DNA of 64,000 nucleotides from Euprymna scolopes (taxonomy: Eukaryota). Below the pieces are notes generated by a model. It was given only the letters and a program-made list of their open reading frames with translations, was not told the origin of the DNA and ran no database searches. The position numbers and the translations under genes are program-made. Below, piece after piece: positions 37,950 through 52,329 of this stretch (the first letter of the stretch is position 1; each line of letters opens with the position of its first letter). The stretch lies in NCBI GenBank assembly GCA_053919585.1, contig CM132808.1; one strand, written 5' to 3'.

Positions 37950-39326
37950 GTGAGACCGAATAGCCAAGTAGTCAAGAAGGAAAGAAAGACTGAGGAGTGA
38001 ACACTGACCAGACCTCCACTGTATACATGTGAAGAGAACTGGGACCTTGTGGAGGCTTATTGCCACTAAAATTCCAGTAAAGACCAATGGCCACTGCCAA
38101 CGAGAAATCAATGGCAAGCAGCTGTTGCGATAATGCACATTTATTTGCAAATGTTATTGAAAGAGGAGGAGAGTACTAGAAAATCTTGGGAGACTTGCTG
38201 TTACTCAGCTTCTAGGGAACTCCACAGGCTGTATTCAATGAGATCTTTGATGACCTGTGTGAAAGTTCGTTGTGACCGCATAATAATAATATATCTTAAT
38301 TATTTAATTTATTTAACTTATGTACCAACTTTTTGTTTTTAGATTTTTGTTAGAGATTTTTTGTTTGAAATTTTTTGTTGGAGATTTTTGTTGGAGATTT
38401 TTTGTTTGAAATTTTCCAACTAAATATTTTTTTCTTGAAAAGCCCACATTAACTCGCATTAAATTGAAAAGTCCTCATTAACTCGCTTGCAAATAAGTTT
38501 ACTATGATGGTCTGTTCTACATATGTGATTTAAAATCAAAAATTACTATTGAAATACGACAAATCTTTTATTCTAAATAACATTGTTTATAACTACTGAT
38601 GGGGATATACAAGCTACTGGGATGTTGATATTCCTATGAAACTTACTTCAGTTCAACTCGCATACAGTGAATGCCGCTCTGGTAGGGTTTGGTAATCAAA
38701 ACCTCAGGTGTCCTCGATTCTAATACGCCAGATTTTTAAACGGACATTGAATGGTGATGACCACATGTAAGAACGAGCTCTGGGAAGCTGCTTGGATGTT
38801 TTAGCACATCTCCTTAGCTTTCATCCAAGTGCTAAATTTTGATGAAAAAGAAATTAACTCTTTTTACAAATAAATATACTTTATTTGACTCTTATCGGTC
38901 CAGCTAAGAGCGAGAAAGACAAAACTTGACCACTGACCAATACTCTGCACATTTTGTTAAAATTGGATTAATGTTCTTTTAGCAAATATTTAAATAATTG
39001 AAAATGTAGCTCTTGGGCATCAACCCAATAACCTACTCTTCACAACCCAAATTAAATCCTCTCGTTATGGCTACCCCACACTAGTTTAAACAAGGAATGG
39101 TACACATTGTCCAAGTGATGTTGCTTATAGTAACAGCACTAAGCTGGGTATTCCACCAGATTGGAGAAATATTTGTCATGGAATCCGGTAACCACAAGAA
39201 AGATATGCTGTAGTACAATTAATTGGTCAATTATTGAGAAGTAAATTAATGTCCTTTGTTTCTTTACAAACTCAATATTTCAGAAGTAGAGAAGAATATA
39301 ATGGAACATGCGAATATCTATGTATG

Positions 39327-39625
39327 TAACGTTACACACGTTTACACACGAGACCCAACAGGTTGTACACAGTCTACATCGCAAGGAACATTGGACAAGT
39401 AATAATTTGACTCACTTTTTATTGCAATGATGATGACAGTTAATTCCGATACTTTCCCAAAATAATCATGCTCTTTCTTTCTGACCTTTGTCTTCTCAAA
39501 CGTCGTTTCAAATGTGCTCTCAAACGTCCTGAACGTGATCGCTGGTCAGTGCACATGCTCTTTTTATAGTCTTTTTAATCGCACATGGCTCGACATTTGC
39601 ATGTGCGCGTCCATGCTCTTTTACA
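39327..39625 (-). mobile_element. LTR-like relic (family shared with 57017-57260)
   Basis: Minus strand begins tgtaaaag and contains aaaagacTATAAAAagagcatgtgcactgaccag with a downstream AATAAA. Matches 57050-57100. Confidence 0.5.
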
Positions 39626-40388
39626 TTTATTTCATACAGAGATCAAGTGTTAACCTCAAGAAGTAATATATATATATATATATATATTAAGAAGGAATAT
39701 ATATGTGAATNNNNNNNNNNNNNNNNNNNNNNNNNNNNNNNNNNNNNNNNNNNNNNNNNNNNNNNNNNNNNNNNNNNNNNNNNNNNNNNNNNNNNNNNNN
39801 NNNNNNNNNNNNNNNNNNNNNNNNNNNNNNNNNNNNNNNNNNNNNNNNNNNNNNNNNNNNNNNNNNNNNNNNNNNNNNNNNNNNNNNNNNNNNNNNNNNN
39901 NNNNNNNNNNNNNNNNNNNNNNNNNNNNNNNNNNNNNNNNNNNNNNNNNNNNNNNNNNNNNNNNNNNNNNNNNNNNNNNNNNNNNNNNNNNNNNNNNNNN
40001 NNNNNNNNNNNNNNNNNNNNNNNNNNNNNNNNNNNNNNNNNNNNNNNNNNNNNNNNNNNNNNNNNNNNNNNNNNNNNTTCATACAATTCAGAGATTGTTC
40101 ATATATCAATAAATTTAAGCCAAAAACATTTATATATCTACTTATTTTCATATTTTTATATATATACAAAAAAAATTCAAACTAAATATCCTTTTAAAAA
40201 TTTATATATCTACCTATTTTCGTATCTTTATTCAAAGAAAAAAAAAACGAGTTTCAAACTAAATGTCAAACGATGTTACCATTAATTACCTATGCTCATT
40301 AAATATGTTTTATTAATACGATTTATCGATTTCTTAAATTAGGTTTCTATATTTCTTTATTTAATTAAACTTATTTTTTAAAAATATT

Positions 40389-40473
<85 letters not shown>

Positions 40474-42347
40474 TATCATATCATACTTTGTGCTTCTTTA
40501 TGATATCTATAATATAAACAAGACTCAGCTATGCTTTTAAGTAATATAATTTTGTCCATTCTGTCCATCGCTTTCTATCCTCTCTTAGTATATTCCAGCA
40601 CCCAACTGACAATCTAACTAACGTTTATCCTAGAGTGGTTTTTGGCCTTGATAAATGGCGACCTATTAGTATAAAAAAATATCATAATTGCAAACATAAT
40701 TCATTATTACCACATTAGGCAAATTACGAGAGTTTCTGATGTCTGCAGATGACACTAATACGCCATTAGTTATTTTTTGCACAATGTTCAACATGGCATC
40801 TGTTCGTTTGAAGTATTTTTAAAAAGTATGAATTGTGTTGGAAAATGGGAGTTGTGGTTGATGCGCACGCGCGTATTCATATGCAATAACCTGTTGCGCG
40901 ACACTACTTTCAAGAAGAAGATCTAATATCATCACTGAAGAGGTTGAAAGGGACACATAACGAAATCTAACCTAGAAGAAGAATACATTTCTTCATCGTT
41001 TTATCTTTTTTTTATCAGTTTTTCACCTGTCTCCTTCGCTTCTACGCTACATCATCAGAATCCTACAGCCGCAGAGGGTGATGGAGTTGTGCTTAGAGCA
41101 CAAAGCTCGGGTAAATAAGTAGGGGGGGGGAGTAAATGTTACCAATGTAGCAAATTTTTGTTTTCCATGTGGCTAGAATGATCCATTAGAAAGTCAAGCG
41201 CTCATACACATAGTTTCAGTGCTATCACAGAAACAAACCTAAGGCAAAGAAATGGATTTGTAATCGTTGTTCTTACAAAAACCTTTGTTATGAATATAAT
41301 TTTTCTGATTAAATAAAATCACACGAGTTGTCAGAATGTTACTGTATACAACCTTGTTTGGTTAGGAGCAAAGTGTAGTATCTGTTCTGATACTATACTT
41401 CATCTTTTCTGTCCTCGGTCAATAAAGGAGAAATCATTCTAAACCGAGACAGTTTTAATTTTCGTACAAATTCAGAGTGCATCTTTTTGAGGAGATGGAT
41501 GTTTCTCATACTAAAAGCAATCTTTTGGCTAACTCTGCCTATGTAGGTAGACATGTAATTAAGGACTCTGAATCAAAAATTTTTTCAGGAGTTAATTCCT
41601 GGAGCCTTTTTTTATGAATCGGTATTTTCGCAAGGCAACAGGGGGAGGGGAAGGAAATTATAATTTTCCTTCTCCTAGAGTAACTGTCTTTCCAGACTGA
41701 TAAGCCCCATCTACACTATGTTTCAGGAGCTGGATTTAGTTGTTAGAGACACACACCATATGGGATATTTTAGAAACAATAAGAAGAAGATTCAGCCTAA
41801 GGCAGTTAAACAATCCACAAACAGACCAGTTTTGCAGCACTTGTATGTCCCTTACAAAGATTTAAAAAGTTTAATAGCAAAGATATAACGATGCTAAACC
41901 TTATGTCTAGAATCCTTATTCCAATTTTGACCGAAATCCATTACACGATTTTGGTTCTATAAAAATTTCTCAAACTTAAGGTTTAAGCTTAAGAAGTCTT
42001 AATAAAAATTGAAATTAATAGAATTTGCTTAATTGATGTCTATTGACTATGGATAAAAACGAGGGAAGAGTTAGACAAAAACTTGAGCTATAATGTAGAA
42101 AAAATCTAGTTCACCAAAAAGGTGCATTCTGGTTGAGAATAAAAGTAAAAATTGGCTCAGTCTATGTGGATTTCTACACTTGGCTCATATCCAGAAGGTC
42201 AAACAATTATTTATATTAGTTTTTTTTTTTCTATTAGGCATGCCAGAAGGGAAGGGTTGATAGACAGTCAGTGTTCGGTAATTATATTTTGGATCTATTC
42301 TCTGTCATATTTCAAGTCTAACTGAAGTCTGTTCGACTTTAAGTTCC

Positions 42348-42398
<51 letters not shown>

Positions 42399-43034
42399 GT
42401 ATTCTCTTCTCTTATATACTACTATAAACATTTGCCAACTTAGGTGCCATACACCACCTCTGGGGTCATATTTTCACCCGCTGAAAGCCTTTGTAAGGAC
42501 ATTTATTAATAATTAACTTTTGCATGTTCTCCCCTTATTGCAGATTATGTCATCCTATAATCTATTGGATCTCTTTGTAGAGTGACTGCTTACTCACACG
42601 ACACCAATACTTTATAATTGCCCTGCAAAAATGTGAATATTTGATATTCTATTTCATCAAATTTAGCAATGAGTAAAGAAATTGAATTACCTGCACACGG
42701 GAGTGCTGCTACGATTTGACATGCTTTAGTGTTGTTGATACCATTAGAAAAATGTCAGAGATCGTTAAAAAGCTGATGAGGACAAAGACACTTCATTTGT
42801 TAATAGCTTGTCTACAATTAACAATAAAGGCTGTAAATGAAACATGCTAGACATTAGATCAAACATACAGAAGACATTGTCCCCATACTTGGACATTACA
42901 TCATTGCAACATTCTGAGAGAGGAACAAAGCATTCTTTTAGGCTTGAATCTAAAGTTACTTCAGTCAACATCTAAAACTTATTTTATTTGATTGAAGCTA
43001 AGTTACTAATCAAAAAAGGGTTCCTTCAGTCTTT

Positions 43035-43292
43035 AACAGACTATGGATACCCACGAAGGGGTGCTTGCATGTGAATTTTTTGTGGCAGGAGGTGCACAAT
43101 CTCCAATCACATATCTCCTGAGCCCACATTGCACAGTAGCAAGTGAAGTGTATGTATAGGATCACTAGAAACAAATGCCGAGATAAGCACTTAGAATTCC
43201 CAAATGGTCACCCATCTGGTGCTAACCAAGCTCAATGTTGCTTAACGTCGGTGATCTGACGAGAACCAGTGCGTCAATGCGATTATGCCATA
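43035..43292 (-). mobile_element. 5S rRNA-derived SINE (head and body)
   Basis: 5S-like head at 43184-43292. Body shared with 60629-60765. Confidence 0.85.
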
Positions 43293-44034
43293 TATAATTC
43301 AACTTCGGAAATCTGCACAGAATTTTAAATCCACAGGGGTAGATTGCTCTCGTTCCATCAGACATAACTAATAAAAGTCCAAATTAATTTGGAATTGATT
43401 TTTTGAGTGTCTCCTGCACTGAAGATTGAACCTTCAGCCTCCACATTTTGCCCAGTATTTTATCCACTACACAATGAGTCTTTGCATATTCTCAAATTCA
43501 ACAAGATACACCTGAAGAAGGTTAGAGGTTACATAAACCAAAACGTTGTGAAAATAACATTCAAGATGAGAACAGTAATCTGAAGAATCCAAATAATACG
43601 GATGATATATGCTTTAAAATTACTTTCTCTAATACCCCATTTCCTATTCTTAAATATTATTGGAATAGTAGGGTAGGCTAGACTCTTGAACCATTCTTTG
43701 GCAACTAATCCACCAGTTCTTCTCCACTTATCCCAGCATTGCTTTCAATCATCTTGGATTCCTGCATTATTGAACTTGGCAAGTAAAAAGAAATGTTATT
43801 AGGGATCATGCAATCTTTGCTTATTCATTGCTCAGGCACCTTCTTAAAAAAAGGAGACCAGTCAAAAAGTTTCCATGCACACGTAAGGTGTGTCACAAAC
43901 TTTGCAATATTCACATACGTGTGAACTGTTGCACTTATTACTAAAGTAGCTCAAGCCGTGGTATTGGTAGTGACATGATAGTTGATGTGTCTGATGTATT
44001 GGGCATTGGTTTACAGCGTGTATAAATGTGTTAT

Positions 44035-44150
44035 GCACAAACTCTTTCACTGTATAATACCTGACAGTGCTCATCAGTGTGGCTAGACTAGCACAGATTC
44101 TGAGCCCAAAATCGAACTTACAACCATCTAGATCAAAGTCGACATCTATT
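44035..44150 (-). mobile_element. Decayed copy of the 58-kb tRNA+HHR SINE
   Basis: gctcatcagtgtggctagac matches 58019-58038. CTGATGA and GAAA are present but helices II and III are distorted. Confidence 0.55.
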
Positions 44151-46939
44151 TGAACTATTGGATCAGTGTTCATAAATGACAGTTCACAGTGTCTTTTATA
44201 TAAACATTTGACTGCCACTTTTAAAGTGCTTTGCCTTATAATAATTAAACAGCAAATGAAATAATTTGACTAAAAGTGCTCTACAGATATGCAATGTAGT
44301 TGCATGTAGTTTCAAGAATTTATCTTTTACAAGATTAAACTGGACCATAACACCATGGAAGCAATCAAAGTTCTTTTGGTTTGTATGAAAAATAGCTAAT
44401 CAGCCAAAACATTCTGCAAGAGACTGTAAGCAAAGCAGCTTGTTCCCTGTGAATGGTTACTATCATGGCTGGGTGCTACACTTGCCCTCCTCCATGTAAA
44501 ATCTTCATTCGAGGTACCATTGTAACATTTTCTTGGCATGTTCTCAGCACTAGTATTGTTGAGTCACAAAGGTCACGTTTCCTCTGATCAATTCTTTGTC
44601 AATAGTTTTGTGCCTACACTATGAATTAGATCCACAAATCTCTTATATTGACGTCACTGGCTCAAACTAAAAATAAGAATCAGTTCATTACTTCTCTGAT
44701 TTGTTAGAGAGAATGTGGTTTTCACTCCAGGCAAAGAAAATAGTTGAAATCTGCAAGCTGAAAAGGAATGGCTGAATAAATATAAAACATATTTGCATTC
44801 TTCAAACTACTGTTTTCATTTTGAATGTTATTAGCACAATGTTTTATTTGATGTAACCTCTGACCTTCTTCATGTGTATCTTGTGGAACATGAAAATCTT
44901 TCTGTCAAACTCTGGAATCTTTCTGTCGAACTCTGGAATTTTTTGTCGAACTCAAGAATAGAACTTGGGAATCTTTCTGCCAAACTTGGGAATCTGCATA
45001 AAATTTTGAGCAGAATTCTTTATTTAACCACAGGAGTAGCATGCTCTTGTTCCGTTAGCCATAATTAGGTCCTAAGTAATTTACAATTGTATTTTAAATG
45101 TCACCCACTCTTAAGATTGGACCTTTAATCTCCCAAAAAGTGTACCTTACAACTGAATTTTACTAAGTACTTTATCCACTATGCCACAGGTTGGCAAGAC
45201 TTTTTGGCAGGTATGAAAAAGGCCAATGAATCACCGTCTTTTTTCCATTAAAACAAGCTCAAAATGAAAGCGGTGGCGATTAATTTTCAGGGACCAATAA
45301 TGTAGACGGAAACAGGTATTACATTTGAATTTTATATATATATTTTTGTATTGTAATCGCTCCAGGCAAGGTGTGAAGCCATTTGTGTAATAAGCTAAAA
45401 AGAGAAAAAAATATTTCATTATCAAAAACAAACGAAGGATAAGTGTTAGATGAGTAGATTTTGACAAAAAAAAAAAAAAATAGCAATTCTTCTCCCTTTG
45501 TAAGAAACATCACTCATGGAATGTGAAGACTAATGAACAAAATAAGGGAAGCAAGAGTTATAAGGTTGCCGAAAGCAGGGTTTCTCAAAGTGGGCTCCAC
45601 AGAGCCAGACTGAAGAGTTCCAGAAGCCCTTTCTTAAAGAGGCCCAAATGCTTAATATGGAAAAATTAAATGGCTGCAGACATTTAATCATTGATCTTTT
45701 TTACTGGAAAGAGACAAGATACATAACTACAGGTGTAAAGACTTTCAGGATGGTTCATGTAAAAGAAAATAAAAAATCAACAAAAAATGCAGCAATTCAA
45801 GATTAATCAAAAACAAAAAAATGGTTGTAAAAACTATCATTGGTTAGTGTTAAAATTTGAAATTAATGTTTTTCATATTTATTTTAGAAATTATCTTATT
45901 AGTACTCTGTGAAAAACCTTTACCTTGCTTAGGGTTCCATGGTATCTTGAAGTTTGGGAAACCCTAGCCTAAAGTAAGCCCAAGCTTTACTATGGTCGAT
46001 TGATTGATTTTAAGGTTCTGAAAATAAAAGTGCAATATAGTTTGGAACTTATCTAATACCACAGAAGTAAGCAAACGCATTTTTTAAATGAAAAATGACG
46101 AGTATAATTCGTTAACTTACCATTTAATTTTTCAGCTTATCTGAATGTTAATCTATGAAACGTTAGATTTCGTCAGTCTTGATACTTCACAATTCATATG
46201 AGATATTAGATGAATGCCGAAACTAGCCATGAGATACCACATCTCTATAACTATCATATGAAATGGTGTCATGGCAATGATGATATATTGTAACATTTTT
46301 TTATGGAAATCGCTTCAGGCAAGGCATGAAACCACTTGATGTAAGGAGCTAAAAACAAATAGTACTTTAAGATCAAAAACTAAAATAGTGAACGATATAT
46401 GCAATATATTCCAACCCAGAAAAGCAGCAATTTTCCCCCTTTGTCAGAAACATCGCTCATGGAATGTGAGGACTAAAGGACAAAATAACAGAAACGATTT
46501 ACAAGGCTGACAAAAGTAAACCAAAGTTCCATTTTCTACTCCCTTTGACTTATGTTTAGATGAAGAAAAAAGGTGCTGTTTTGTACATTGTGTTTCTAAA
46601 TATTAATATCTTTATTCGTGTTTGTTTTGAAATAAAATTCTTAAACAAAGAACATTATTTGGTTTTGTCGAACGTGTTGCTGCTGCTTGCTTGTCTGTTT
46701 GTTTGTTTAACATCATTCATGATGATGATGATTTATTGGCATTTGTTTTCCTGATATCTTTCTATTAAAAATTCTTTCTAGAAAAATATCGGGTACTTAC
46801 AGGAGGAACCACAATGGTCTTAAGTAAAAATATTCCATGGACCGAACTGGGTTCAAACTTGGCCCACTTTTCTGTCACAGACCAGAAACGTTACTCAGGT
46901 TGCAATTTCCTAGACAATAAGGCAAGATCAGACAAGCAA

Positions 46940-47052
46940 ATAGCATAATCACATTGATGCCCCGATTCTTGTTAAATCTCCAAAGTTTAGCCACGTTGAA
47001 CCTAGTCAGTACCAGATAGGTGACTATTTTGGAATACCAGGCACTTTATGTA
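46940..47052 (+). mobile_element. 5S rRNA-derived head (diverged)
   Basis: Colinear with the other 5S-like copies (..aaagtttagccacgttgaacctagtcagtaccagataggtgac..). Confidence 0.7.
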
Positions 47053-48659
47053 GGAAGATCTTGCTATCTATCTGCAGGAACTACAAAAACCTAACATGGT
47101 CATATCCTCTGATTGGGATATACATGCGATTGGGAATGTTTGTGAATTTAATATTCCCTCGACACTTTCTCCTTTGGAGGAAATCGGTTTGATCCGTTTA
47201 GGGTTAATGCTGTTTCTTAAAGTAAAGCAGGCCTAAAACTATGAATTTTGAGATTGTGCTTCAATACATAAAGGCAAGACATTAATTAGAGAGAAATGCT
47301 GTCTATCATCTTTACAATCATGACAAAAGCAAATAAGTTACTGAGATGTGGGAAAAGTTCTGACTCATTCTCGTAATATCATGTCATCTTCTGAAATGGT
47401 AACAATGGCATGCAGAGAGAGTGAGGGGGCAATGAGACGGTGGTCCTGAATATCCAACTGGAGGGAAATAGCCAATCATATTGAAACTATTTCCCTTTTC
47501 TGATAATGTTTTTTTATTCATCCCAAACAAGGCACAGTGCCACTTGGATGTAAGGGACTACTATTTGGGTTTATATCTACAGAGGCATTATGTATAGAAT
47601 TGAGCAGCAAGATGTCTGTTCATTAGAGCATTTCTCAGTACTAGGACTTGTACTTGAATCTTTGGGGCATACAGTCAAGGAGTTTAAGAATCACTAAGGC
47701 ATCATTGGATCTCTGCATGCCACTGAACGATAATGGAATAATGTTCGAATTTTTTTTATATGTTATTCTATAGATTTTGTCAAACTACTGTAGAATCTAC
47801 TGACAGCATCCAGGGATGGAGATTAAAATATCTGTGATGCTTTTCTTATAATCATAGCAACGATGCAAGATGCCTTTCAGTGAATCTAATGCAACTGTTA
47901 AATTATCCAACTGATTTTATAAAGAGATAATATTAAATTGAAACATTAATTACTGGCATTTTTAAATGTTGTTGACATTTTCTCTTGTGTTTCTTCTCAA
48001 TTTTGAAGATTATTATCAAGGCAGATTAAAAAAAAACCCTAGATCTTTTCACTAAAGAAAGTAAAAAGTGGACTTCCGGTTTACTTTCGACAGCCTCCGG
48101 ACTCTTGCTTCCCTTATTTTGTCCTTTAGTCCTCACATTCCATGAATGATGTTGCCAACAAAAGTGAGAATAAATTCATATAACACTTATCATTGGCTAG
48201 TTTTTGACCCTGAAGTAGTATTTTTAATTTTTTTAACTTCTTATATCAAGTGGCTTCATGCCCTGTCTGGAGCGATTTCTATAAAACATATTATTACTAC
48301 TAACTAGGAGTTTTCGCACAGGCCACCATCAAAGAGTTTTCTTTGGAGAACAACCTGTGGAGTCTGAGTGACAACAAGTCTACCCAGATTTCTAGTGTTT
48401 ACCACCTATTTGGATAACCTTTGCAAATTAGTTTGCATTATCGCAATAACCGTTTACCATTGATTCCTCATTGGTAGCGACTATTGGTCTTTACTGGAAT
48501 TTGGGTGGCAATAAGCATCCAATTGAGGTTTGGTTAGTGCTTTCTTGTTTTGGTTTTTTCATTCTTCTCAGCCCTTCTCGATTATTTGGTGTGGTGCCAG
48601 TTTATGCCAACATTATAATTATTAAGGAAGGTGACGATTAACAATAATAATAATAATAA

Positions 48660-49260
48660 AGTTTCAGTTTTCATGAATCCATGGGGTTCTTTTACATCCG
48701 TGGTAGTTTCTATATGTTCTGCTTGCGCCTGTAGCTCATGTATTAGCCTCCACATTCAAAGGTTTTCCTTAATATTTCAACCGTTTTCATTATTGTTATC
48801 CATTGTATCTTCGCAGACATCCCTATGATTCCAATCTCTCCCATTCTTTTTTCAAAGGTTTTTAGTATTGTTCCTGGTGCTTCTTCTATTAATGGTGTTA
48901 TCTTGACTTTCTTCATCTTCCATATTCCTTTGAGCTACTTTTTACTTCCTCCAGGATCTTTTGGTCAGTTTTATGCATTTACTCTTCTTCTCTGTCTCCT
49001 TGATCTTCACTGTGTGGTCTGCTGGTATGGCAAAATCTACAATCTGGCAGGACTTTTCTTTCTTATTAACTATTATGCCATCCGGTCTTATTGCTTGGAT
49101 GGGTTTATCTGTTTGTATGTCCATATCCCATAGCATTCTATAACTTTCGTTTTCAAGTACTGCTGCCGGTTTGTTTGCTTAGATATTCAAGATGCAGTTG
49201 TCGGCATAATTTCCAGTGTACTGCCTTCCCCACTGTATTGTGGGCCATGTGTTGCTCTTT
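48660..49260 (-). mobile_element. RLE-type (R4/Dong/NeSL-like) non-LTR retrotransposon 3' fragment
   Basis: ORF 48942-49136 LWDMDIQTDKPIQAIRPDGIIVNKKEKSCQIVDFAIP..E..K is the PD-(D/E)xK restriction-like endonuclease. Adjacent to (AAT)n. Confidence 0.85.
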
Positions 49261-52200
49261 TTCCTTTTTGACATCCTTTCTGTTCCTGGGAGAGTAGTCC
49301 GTGATTATGAATGGTAAATTTGTTCCCTCAATTGTGCTGTTTTGTTGTTGCTTTTTTTTTTTTTTCCTAATAGAGATATTTTTTTTAACAAATTAATTCA
49401 TTATATTATGAATAACAATAACGTAGACTATTTTAAGATTGCATTAGTTGAATTCAGAAACAAGGATAAAATAAACAGGAACCAAGAGATTATTTCTTTA
49501 GAACTATCAGATGAAATATTTAACAGAATTGGATCTGCATATCGATATTGTATTAATAGCTTGTTTTTAATAAAGAAAATGAAATTGTCTTTAATGTAGA
49601 TTTACAAGGGACGATGTCCGTCTGGCTGTTGGTTGTACTTACCTGATCCTTGGTCTAGAAATAAGAGTAATTATAAATAGTTTTTCTGTTTAAATTTAAA
49701 ATAGCCTTTGCGTCAGTGCATATTTACTTCCCCCCCCCACAACGGTAGAATTAGACATAAAGTCAATTTTTAATGTGAGGAAAATCCGGATTCTGAAAAA
49801 GAGGCATTTTGGATTGGGACAAAAAATTAAATTGCCTTAGTCTTAAAGGATTTCTTCCTCATTTGCTCTTGCCAAAAAGCCATTTCGCCAGTGTGTTATA
49901 TTTAAATTTGAAGTAACTTTTTTGCCAGTCTTTCATGCTAAACTTTAAAATCGCCTTCTCTCCAGTCTATCATGTTCAAGTTTAAAATAGCCTTTTCATA
50001 AGTCTATCACGCTCAAGTTAAAAATAACTTTCTCATTGCTAAACACGACGATAGTATGTCTGCATCTTAAAAATGGCTCCGTTCTTGTTTGGTCCATCAT
50101 TTTGAATTCCTTTGTGTTGGAATCATTTTGTTCTTTTAGGTTTAGCACGTCTTTGTTGAATGTCTCGTCAATTGTTTGCTTGACAATTTTGCATACAAAC
50201 GGATTCTTTGCACATACGTGCTTTTTCCAGACATCCATGAATGTGTACAGTTATTTATTATGCATTTATTTGCCATGCAGCCTCGAACATTTATTATTAT
50301 ACTGAATGTGAGTCAACGTTTGTTTCTCTACGGCCTTTTTTCCTCATACACTTTAAACAAAATACAAATATAAGACATGTATTCCAACCACCATTAATGA
50401 GTCAGAGGTAAATACATGTGCAATCATATAGCATTTCAAAATAACTATTTATCTAAACTTGAGTTAATCAACGTTTGTTCACCTGTAACATTTTTCATAT
50501 ATGCTTTAAAAAAAAAAAGGCATGCCGAAATATATTTTAGTGCTAAGATTGAGTTTTATTTGAAAATGAAAATAAAAATCTGTCTTCATTGTTATAATTG
50601 GTCGTAATTTATAATTGATATAACAATGCCCGCATCTCTCTCCTAGCGATCACTGTACTTCTCTTGACTCCACTCACTCCATGTTGATTCAATCACTCTC
50701 AAGCATTTCTTTAATGTCTGTACGCATTTAGAAAAAAGAACAACTCTCTTCATCTTTCCAGCTAATAAACATGGCATGTTCGTACACACCACAAGTACGT
50801 ATGTAAATTAGATGATAAAATAATGAAACTTTTTTTATTTCATATATTCTCCATATAGATGATATATGAAATAAAGATTTTTAAAAAAATAATTTTTTAA
50901 CAAATGCATCATAGTTTATGGATTTTCGAATGAAAAACTGAAACAAATAGTATTAGTAGTTGTGACCTAACGGGTCAGGGGTACGTGTTGTCTCCCTTCA
51001 TAAATATCTTCTCAATTTAGCCCTTCTCGAGAGTTTCAATCGATCACCATGTAAACAAGTAGAGTGATAGACTCCACCATGTACAACTTCCTCCTCAGCC
51101 TACCACTGTTAATGACGCACCATATTGCAAACTAGTGCGGGTTCACTTTGCCGTATAAGCACTTCTCAATCGTCATAATTTGTGGAAATGCCTCGAGCCT
51201 TCTCTCAGCCTGCTAAACCAGCAGGACATCTAATAAAACTTCCTGATACTTTCATGTTAGTTTCGGGAAGGGTCATTGTATTAATTAATTATTATTGTTT
51301 TAATTAACTATCATTGTATTAATTATTATTGCATTAATTAATTATTATTGTATGAATTAATTTTTCAATTTTTATGAATTAACTATTGTTTAATGTTTGT
51401 TGTTACATTCCTGAAATTCTATTGACGTTTGGAATTTTCCTAGTTTGATTAGTATTTCTTACCATTGTTTATTATTTACTTTTTAATGTATATAATTTTA
51501 ACACTTATCAAAAATTTAATGTGTCAAAGATAAAAATAAACATAAATCTATAAGATAAACATAATATGTGATACGAAACATATAAGGAATACTTAATATT
51601 ATGCACAAATGAGTAAAACCACAAATATAATCACTAAAGAAAAAATATGATGTTGGCCCAATAACAATCAATAAAAACATATGTTACCAGAGTCAGAGAA
51701 AATACCGGTCTGTAAACCTAAAATGCTTAAGGAGTAGATAGGCTCTGCCTATCGCCTGGCTTTCATACTCCTTCTTTTCCTATTAGCCAGGCACAGAGGT
51801 GCAATCACAGAGACTCGACAGACTTCCAATATTTTGACCTTGTTTCCTGACTAGGGCAATAAACACCATTTTCTCACTCCCACCACATGCATATCCCCTA
51901 AAACTGGACATCTTGGGGATGCTTGAAGCCATATGTCAATGCAATTAGATTGGACTGATTTTTCTCTGACAGGTTAAAGGTACAGGTTTGACAGTTTGTT
52001 TGTCTGCTGTATTCCGACTGACAGTACAGAGCTCTAACTCTTTGGTAGCGCTTAGAACGACTGTTCTATCATCAATTGTATAATATTGGGATGATTGTAG
52101 TGCCATGTCACGCATAGAAAGGAATCCTGCATCCATCCCTGGGTTTTCCCAAGGCCACAATCCTATTGATGAAGAGTCAGTTGATGGTCTACTTATGTTG

Positions 52201-52329
52201 TATGTTTGGTATTCTACATAACAACTTAGTCCAGCGTCCCTCACCCTAAACAGAAATTTAAATAAAACAAAATGGCAATTCAGTCAAAAAATACAAAAAA
52301 AACAGGCATAAACTCAAACAAAAATACTT

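Noticed and set aside
40930-40985. cactgaagaggttg..taacgaaatc possible HHR
   Set aside because: Helix II is out of register and there is no helix I complement downstream.
43862-44218. Cys-rich minus-strand ORF (..CEYCKVCDTPYVCM..)
   Set aside because: The ORF runs through a decayed tRNA-HHR SINE. The Cys cluster might be a transposase remnant, but this cannot be supported.
49996-50305. Overlapping 80-89 aa ORFs
   Set aside because: No recognisable motif or supporting splice structure.
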